The notes under the pieces: generated by a model
What the model was told of the DNA's origin: nothing
What the model saw: only the letters and a program-made list of their open reading frames with translations
The model's database searches: none
From: Clostridia bacterium
Lineage (GTDB): Bacteria; Bacillota; Clostridia; UBA1381; UMGS1253
DNA length: 38,205 bases
Assembly (NCBI GenBank): GCA_045532715.1
Contig: JAZSGM010000180.1
Location: forward strand, 1 to 38,205
Reading direction: 5' to 3'
Translations under genes and position numbers: made by a program
Shown: in pieces, positions 33,255 to 38,205 of the stretch
Layout of the letters: every line of letters starts with the position of its first letter
How positions within the stretch are numbered: position 1 is the stretch's first letter

Positions 33255-34337
33255 TTATCTGTTTAATTTCCACGGTTTTTTTGTGCGAAGCGGTTGATGG
33301 AATTTTCCTTCTAAGCAGCCGCCCTTTTTTTCAAGCACGGATACGCAGGCGCGGATACAGCCGCCGCACTTTGCCATATTGTAGCCGACCCAGCTGGGAA
33401 AGTATTTGGCAAGTGCGCCGTAGACCTTCATAATTTCCTGCTCGTCGGCAATGTCCGTCACGCCTTCCATCAGGTTCAAATCACCGTTTTCATTTTTGTC
33501 CCACACATCCTTGGGTACAAAAGGATTGTAGTATCTTCCGGCGTGCGTGTAGAAGGCATAGCAGCGCCACATATCAATGTCGCCCCACTCTATGGTTTTG
33601 CCTTCTAACTGAATGGACACGGTTTTACCTGAGCCGATGGCGGGGATGCAACCGCCCGGACATTCGCGTACGCAGGCACCGCACTTGCGGCACAGCGGCT
33701 CGCCGTTATAGATTTCGTCGTATTCGTCAAATTCCGCATCGGTAAATAAAAACGCAACGCGCTGCAGCGGACCGAACTGCGGCGTTAAAAGCATTTTGCT
33801 CCAACCGATTTCGCCGAGCCCGCACGCCACGGCGGCAATGCGGAACTGAAACTGCAAATCCGGTGCAACGCTGCCCTCTCTTGCAGGGCGCGTAAACTGC
33901 ACACTTCGGTGGTGCGCTGTGGAGGTTTTGGCATTTTCGTTTATCTCGATTTGCTCCTCTGGGGAGAGAGTATTGCCCGGAGAGCCGTCCATATCGGACA
34001 CAACGCCTCTGGCACCGGTGTTTCGATAGACAAACGCCTCATAGCCGTGGTCTTCGATGACCTTGCCGACATGATACAGCACGGCAGGGGCATAGATTTC
34101 GTTGATGCCGGCATACGCCATAGAGGGGTACTGGAAAAACTGCGTGCCCTCCTCAATGCCTCTTTGCACACCGCGCGGAATTCTGAAAACAAAGCCGATA
34201 CAGCTTTTCGCCTCGGGAAATAGAAATTGCGGATTCATTTCGTCGGGTGCACCGTCAAATCGGGACATTGGTGCAATGCCGCAAGCATCCGCTCCGGTAT
34301 CGAGTGCAATTTCTTTTATGAGCTTACTGGAAATCAT
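33255..34337 (-). CDS. QueG/reductive-dehalogenase-like di-[4Fe-4S] protein, paralogue 3
   Basis: 360 aa from the ATG at 34337 (AGGAGG SD); the 53 extra N-terminal codons in the ORF track look spurious. GLGEIGWSKMLLTPQFGPLQRVAFLFTD, CRKCGACVRECP, WRCYAFY, CGGCIRAC. Confidence 0.7.
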   Translation of the reverse strand: MISSKLIKEIALDTGADACGIAPMSRFDGAPDEMNPQFLFPEAKSCIGFVFRIPRGVQRGIEEGTQFFQYPSMAYAGINEIYAPAVLYHVGKVIEDHGYEAFVYRNTGARGVVSDMDGSPGNTLSPEEQIEINENAKTSTAHHRSVQFTRPAREGSVAPDLQFQFRIAAVACGLGEIGWSKMLLTPQFGPLQRVAFLFTDAEFDEYDEIYNGEPLCRKCGACVRECPGGCIPAIGSGKTVSIQLEGKTIEWGDIDMWRCYAFYTHAGRYYNPFVPKDVWDKNENGDLNLMEGVTDIADEQEIMKVYGALAKYFPSWVGYNMAKCGGCIRACVSVLEKKGGCLEGKFHQPLRTKKPWKLNR

Positions 34338-34469
34338 ATCCTTGCCTCCTGCTTTTTTTAAATTACAAAAAACAAACTTTTCTTGAGTTGATTTTATCAC
34401 GAATATATGATAATATAAACACAGAAAACAAACTAAAATTTTAATAAAACAAACATTTTGGAGGGCACA

Positions 34470-35318
34470 ATGCACATTGCAGATATCAATCCGCATATAC
34501 GATTTGCCGAAGAGATTACCTATGCATTGAAAAACCGCAGGTCCTATGTAAAGGATTGTCGTATATTTTATGTTTTGGGCGGCAGAGGCAGCATACGGAT
34601 ACAGGAGAAGGAATATATATTAAAAGAGAATACTTTGTTTTATTGTGCAGGCGGGCAGGAATACAGCATCAATGCCGAAGATTATCTGCATTTCTATGCT
34701 TTAAACTTTGATTTGTCGCAGGCGCACAGAGCGCTTGTCACGCCCTTCGCTCCGGTGGATTTGCAAACAACAAGTCCGACGGGCGTTGTGGATTTGTGCC
34801 TTGTTGAAGACAGCGGGTTTTTAGATTCATTTTTCATTGCGGAGCATGCGGGGGAGTTTAAAAACGGTGTAGCGACTATTGTTAAAGAATTTGCTACGCA
34901 GCAGCTTTTTTTCAGAGAAACCGCCGGCGCGGTGCTGAAGAAAATATTGATTGATTTGCATAAAATGAATACGGATGCTGAAAATAATTCAGCCTCCGCC
35001 GTGCAAAAAATTACGGAATACATACAGCTGCACTACATGGAAGAGATTAAAAACAGCGCTTTAGCAGAGCTGGTGGGGTATCACGAATACTATTTAAATC
35101 GCTGCTTTGTACAGTATACCAGTATGAGTATGCACAAATATGTTTTAAACCTGCGTATTGCAGAGGGCAAGCGACTGCTGCTCAATACCGATTTATCCGT
35201 TGCGAATATTGCTGTACAGGTGGGCTTTAACAGCGCGGCGCATTTTTCCGCTTATTTTAAAAAGGAAACAGATGCTTCGCCGTTAGAGTACAGAAGCAGC
35301 TTTAAACATAGGATATAA
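34470..35318 (+). CDS. AraC-family transcriptional regulator (cupin + HTH)
   Basis: 282 aa from the ATG at 34470 (GGAGGG SD). C-terminal HTH (VANIAVQVGFNSAAHFSAYFKKETDASPLEY). Divergent from the Fe-S operon. Confidence 0.9.
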   Translation: MHIADINPHIRFAEEITYALKNRRSYVKDCRIFYVLGGRGSIRIQEKEYILKENTLFYCAGGQEYSINAEDYLHFYALNFDLSQAHRALVTPFAPVDLQTTSPTGVVDLCLVEDSGFLDSFFIAEHAGEFKNGVATIVKEFATQQLFFRETAGAVLKKILIDLHKMNTDAENNSASAVQKITEYIQLHYMEEIKNSALAELVGYHEYYLNRCFVQYTSMSMHKYVLNLRIAEGKRLLLNTDLSVANIAVQVGFNSAAHFSAYFKKETDASPLEYRSSFKHRI

Positions 35319-35356
35319 AAAAGGCGGTGTGGAAAAATTCCACACCGCTCATTTTT
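35318..35356. terminator. Bidirectional terminator hairpin, copy B of the repeated element
   Basis: AAAAAGGCGGTGTGGAAAAATTCCACACCGCTCATTTTT. 11-bp stem, AAA loop. Confidence 0.8.
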
Positions 35357-35393
35357 ATTTTACGAGAATTGTAATTTCTGCTGTTTTCGGAAG
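35352..35393. repeat. 42-bp perfect direct repeat, right copy (native 3' end of the lyase gene)
   Basis: Covers the stop codon plus the last 12 codons (LPKTAEITILVK) of the minus-strand gene. Confidence 0.95.
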
Positions 35394-38205
35394 GGCGCCT
35401 TTTCGAACAGCGGTTGCCGTAATTATAGCGGTACCGGCTTTCTTTAAAGTGCATGTGCCGTTTGCATCAATACTGATGATAGAAGCATCCGAGCTTGCAT
35501 AAGTTACCGTATATGTGCTCAGGTCTACCGTCGCGCCTGCAGGATCGGTTGCAGAGATGTTCACGGTCATTGTGTCGCCGACCTTGCCTTCCGTATCGGA
35601 AAGCTTGAAGATGGCATTCCATGCCTTCTGGTCTTCTGCTTCCATTGTAGCATCTGCATAGAAACGGACTTCTGCGTAGCTGTTATATGCGCTGCCATCG
35701 CTGTTGGAGATGGTGTTGAATCGTACATATCTTGCACGCACATCGCCGAGTGCAAACACGGTCGGACCATCTTTAAGCTCGGTTGTAATGCTTGGCAGAA
35801 GTGTTGTCCATGTCTTGCCGTCGTCGGAGATATCCACGCTTAATGTAAATGAACGCTTGTTGGAGCCGGTGGTTGAAAGTGCAAAGGAGTGCAGCGGCTT
35901 TGCTTCGCCAAAGTCAAAGCTGATCCATTGTTTGCCTTCGCCTGTCCATCTGTTTTCCATACCGGAGGAAATTACGCCGTCTGCGATACCCCACTTCGGA
36001 TATTTGCCCCAGCCGGTGGAGGAGTCGATGTCCATAATCTGAATGGAGGTCGGGTGATCCGGAATGCCGGTGCTGCCTGCTACAAGCAATTCCATCTTGG
36101 AAATAGAGCCTGCACCACCGGTGCCTGCAATGCCTTCAAACGGATTTGGTGTAAAGTGAACATTGTAGTTTACGCCATCGATTGTCACTACAGCCGGGTT
36201 GCCCTGCGCTATGGAAGCTGCGTATGCGCTACCGTTTGTCAAAGCGGTAACCTCGCCAGCAGGCGCATTGACGTAGTAGTCTTTCATTTCCGGACGGAAG
36301 CTGATTTCGTTTGCGCCGGCAAGGATGCGGATGTCGAGCATCTTGCAGGCATCTGCAATTGTATTTTCACTGTAGGCAATATCTTCATCGGAAATTATGA
36401 TAAGACCTCTGTCATCCCAGAATACCTTCTTACCGAGTGCTTCTGCAAGTGCGCGAAGCGGGATGAGCGTTCTGTCGTTATACGTCTGTGCCGGAACATC
36501 CAACATTACGGTTTGTCCGTTCACATTCATTTCCTTGGAGCCGAGTACCATACGGATGACATTGTCGCCGCAGGTGATATCTACAGTCTGTGTTGCCTCT
36601 GTCCAGTCGACTCTTGCACCGAAGTTTTCGGCAATAAATCTTACCGGTACGAGTGTTCTGCTGTTTTCCGTAAACGGATAAACATCCTTGTTGGCGGTAT
36701 CTACATACGTACGTACGCCCTTTGCATATGCGGCAGGGGAGCCGAGCTTGAGTGCGACTACATTGCCGAGGCGTTCCTCGATGCGCTTTGTTTCGCCTTT
36801 GTTTACACTCCAGTCTGCCATCGGCGTTACCACTGTTACATCATTCGGGATGCCTTCGCCTGCGCGCAGCGGAATAAATTCTACGCTCAGCGTCATTTCT
36901 GTGATGTTGTTTACGTGGATTGCGAGCTTTTTATCGCCGGTGTAAGCTGCCATGAACTCGCCCTTCTGCTTTGGCGGATTCGGGCTCGTCGGAAGCGGCT
37001 CAATCGGCATAACGGAAAATGCTGCATCCGTTGGACCTGCGTTGATTCTCACATACAATCTCTTACCGTTGATTTCCAGGAGTGCACCCTTGCCGTCAGC
37101 GGAAAGGGTGATGTCGGCATTGGTGTGCATAAACCAGTAAACTTCGGACGGAACTTTTGTCGAAATTTCGTCCTGCATGACGATTCTTGTACGGTTGTTT
37201 GTCATCATCATACCGCGGTGATGCTTGTTTAAGTCATCGCGTGTACGCGTCATATCTAAAATGCCGTAAGAACCGTTTTCTGCAGAATCGGAGTCGAGCA
37301 ATACTGCGAAACCGTCGTTTTTCTGTCCCGGACCTGCATCCGGATTGATGGTAATGGTGTTATTACCTTCTGTTCTTCTGTAATAGTAGTCCGTACCTTC
37401 GCCGTCGTAACCGCTTTCGATTGTGTAGGTGTTGGAAACGGAGTCTTTACCGGTTAAAAGTGCAAAACGCTCGCCCTCCCAGTCGAGTACGAAAGTACCG
37501 AGACCGTTGTAGGCGTGGAAGGTTTCGTTGTCGCCACCCTGCATTGCCGCAAAGAGCATTGTTTCTCTGTCCCAGCTCGAACGCATCGAGATACCATTCG
37601 GTCCATACTGGCGGTCGTTTTTGTAGAACTTATCGAGTACAAAGTCTGCAGAGCTTACCTTTTCCGGATTGTAGTACACAATCGCTACGCAGGCATCCAT
37701 GCCGCCGTAGAGCATAGATGGATCACTCTGATTTTTCGTCAGTTCATACCATGCGTACTGCGGCTGGTCATATCTGTCTGCAATTCTTAAAAAGGCAGGG
37801 GACGAAACACGACCGCAGGTGGATGCATTATAGTTAAAGCATTTTGTTGCACCGTCATAGTAAATGACGTGGTCAGGTGTCTGTGCAAAGTTTGCCTGAA
37901 GTGCGAAGTTTAAGCAATCCGGCAAGGTTTTGCCCGGTGCGATGCATTCTTCAAAGCTTGCAACGCTGGCAATCAGGTTGCCGACGCCGTAGTTCCAGTA
38001 TTCCATGGATTCCGCAAAACCGCCGTCGTCGGAGATTTCTACGAAGGTGTTCGGCAGATTCTGGGAAATCTCGCGGAAGATATATTCCGAAACGTTCGGC
38101 ACGAGATCGTTGATTGCGATTGCGAACATAACATAGTCGGTCTGTACGCCCATCGCCTGGTTGTGGTATGCATGAAGCACTGTGTAGCCGTTGGAGAGCA
38201 GACCT
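35355..38205 (-). CDS. Large multidomain polysaccharide lyase (heparinase II/III-like), 5' end outside the window
   Basis: The frame is open to the window edge. Heparinase II/III-like region (FHAYNGLGTFVLDWEGERF), two copper-amine-oxidase-N-like repeats (TLVPVRFIAENFGARVDW, TLIPLRALAEALGKKVFW), a discoidin/F5-8 type C-like region (WISFDFGEAKPL, ARYVRFN) and a C-terminal Big_2-like domain. Confidence 0.7.
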   Translation of the reverse strand, partial: GLLSNGYTVLHAYHNQAMGVQTDYVMFAIAINDLVPNVSEYIFREISQNLPNTFVEISDDGGFAESMEYWNYGVGNLIASVASFEECIAPGKTLPDCLNFALQANFAQTPDHVIYYDGATKCFNYNASTCGRVSSPAFLRIADRYDQPQYAWYELTKNQSDPSMLYGGMDACVAIVYYNPEKVSSADFVLDKFYKNDRQYGPNGISMRSSWDRETMLFAAMQGGDNETFHAYNGLGTFVLDWEGERFALLTGKDSVSNTYTIESGYDGEGTDYYYRRTEGNNTITINPDAGPGQKNDGFAVLLDSDSAENGSYGILDMTRTRDDLNKHHRGMMMTNNRTRIVMQDEISTKVPSEVYWFMHTNADITLSADGKGALLEINGKRLYVRINAGPTDAAFSVMPIEPLPTSPNPPKQKGEFMAAYTGDKKLAIHVNNITEMTLSVEFIPLRAGEGIPNDVTVVTPMADWSVNKGETKRIEERLGNVVALKLGSPAAYAKGVRTYVDTANKDVYPFTENSRTLVPVRFIAENFGARVDWTEATQTVDITCGDNVIRMVLGSKEMNVNGQTVMLDVPAQTYNDRTLIPLRALAEALGKKVFWDDRGLIIISDEDIAYSENTIADACKMLDIRILAGANEISFRPEMKDYYVNAPAGEVTALTNGSAYAASIAQGNPAVVTIDGVNYNVHFTPNPFEGIAGTGGAGSISKMELLVAGSTGIPDHPTSIQIMDIDSSTGWGKYPKWGIADGVISSGMENRWTGEGKQWISFDFGEAKPLHSFALSTTGSNKRSFTLSVDISDDGKTWTTLLPSITTELKDGPTVFALGDVRARYVRFNTISNSDGSAYNSYAEVRFYADATMEAEDQKAWNAIFKLSDTEGKVGDTMTVNISATDPAGATVDLSTYTVTYASSDASIISIDANGTCTLKKAGTAIITATAVRKGALPKTAEITILVK

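Noticed and set aside
34366-34455. AAAACAAAC(T/A) boxes, two of them 21 bp apart (34428 and 34449), as an operator for the third AraC
   Set aside because: Only two copies are phased. The sequence is low-complexity and A-rich, and the boxes lie downstream of the best -10 candidates for both divergent genes. This is not enough to call an operator.
35889-37232. 447-aa plus-strand ORF
   Set aside because: It lies antisense inside the lyase gene. It is Cys/Arg-rich with no domain-like motifs, so it is a shadow ORF.
1-38205. Search for a mobile element or a classical defence system (integrase, transposase, restriction-modification, Cas, reverse transcriptase, toxin-antitoxin)
   Set aside because: No ORF in any frame shows the hallmark motifs. 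The repeats found are short recombination-type scars without an associated recombinase gene.

Overview
Chromosomal window that looks like a saccharolytic Clostridia-type Firmicute: AGGAGG/GAGGTG Shine-Dalgarno sites, hairpin plus T-run terminators, and several ATGA start/stop overlaps. I count about 33 protein genes. I found no rRNA, tRNA, CRISPR array, transposase, integrase or recognisable defence gene. All family names are motif recognition by eye, not database searches. Left to right: a ceramidase-like hydrolase with a disrupted 5' end; an MFS transporter, SASA-type esterase and PHP phosphoesterase; an AraC regulator facing an AtuA-like (DUF1446)/DUF4387/M20 amidohydrolase/two-subunit Fe-S hydro-lyase operon; a beta-propeller glycoside hydrolase plus an amidohydrolase-acyltransferase fusion; adhE coupled to an APH-type kinase; LysR; a class-A beta-lactamase-like protein; GH13; GH88; a DUF5693-like protein with murJ; queG behind a second AraC; nahK; an MBL-fold hydrolase; a third AraC facing an operon of three QueG/RdhA-like Fe-S paralogues plus a GH-like TIM-barrel protein; and a large heparinase II/III-type lyase that runs off the window. 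Two regions stand out. (1) The only large ORF-free gap (13114-13933) holds two tandem minus-strand modules: promoter, structured leader RNA, intrinsic terminator, 37-codon ORF, terminator. The flanks and the peptide are nearly identical between copies. The whole leader has been replaced by unrelated sequence that still folds the same way, including a covarying long-range pairing. I cannot place it in any RNA or peptide family I know, and it is my best candidate for an undescribed system. (2) The Fe-S reductase trio/GH/AraC cassette (29767-35318) is bracketed by near-identical terminator hairpins. A perfect 42-bp direct repeat lies outside those and also created a chimeric 5' end on the MBL gene.
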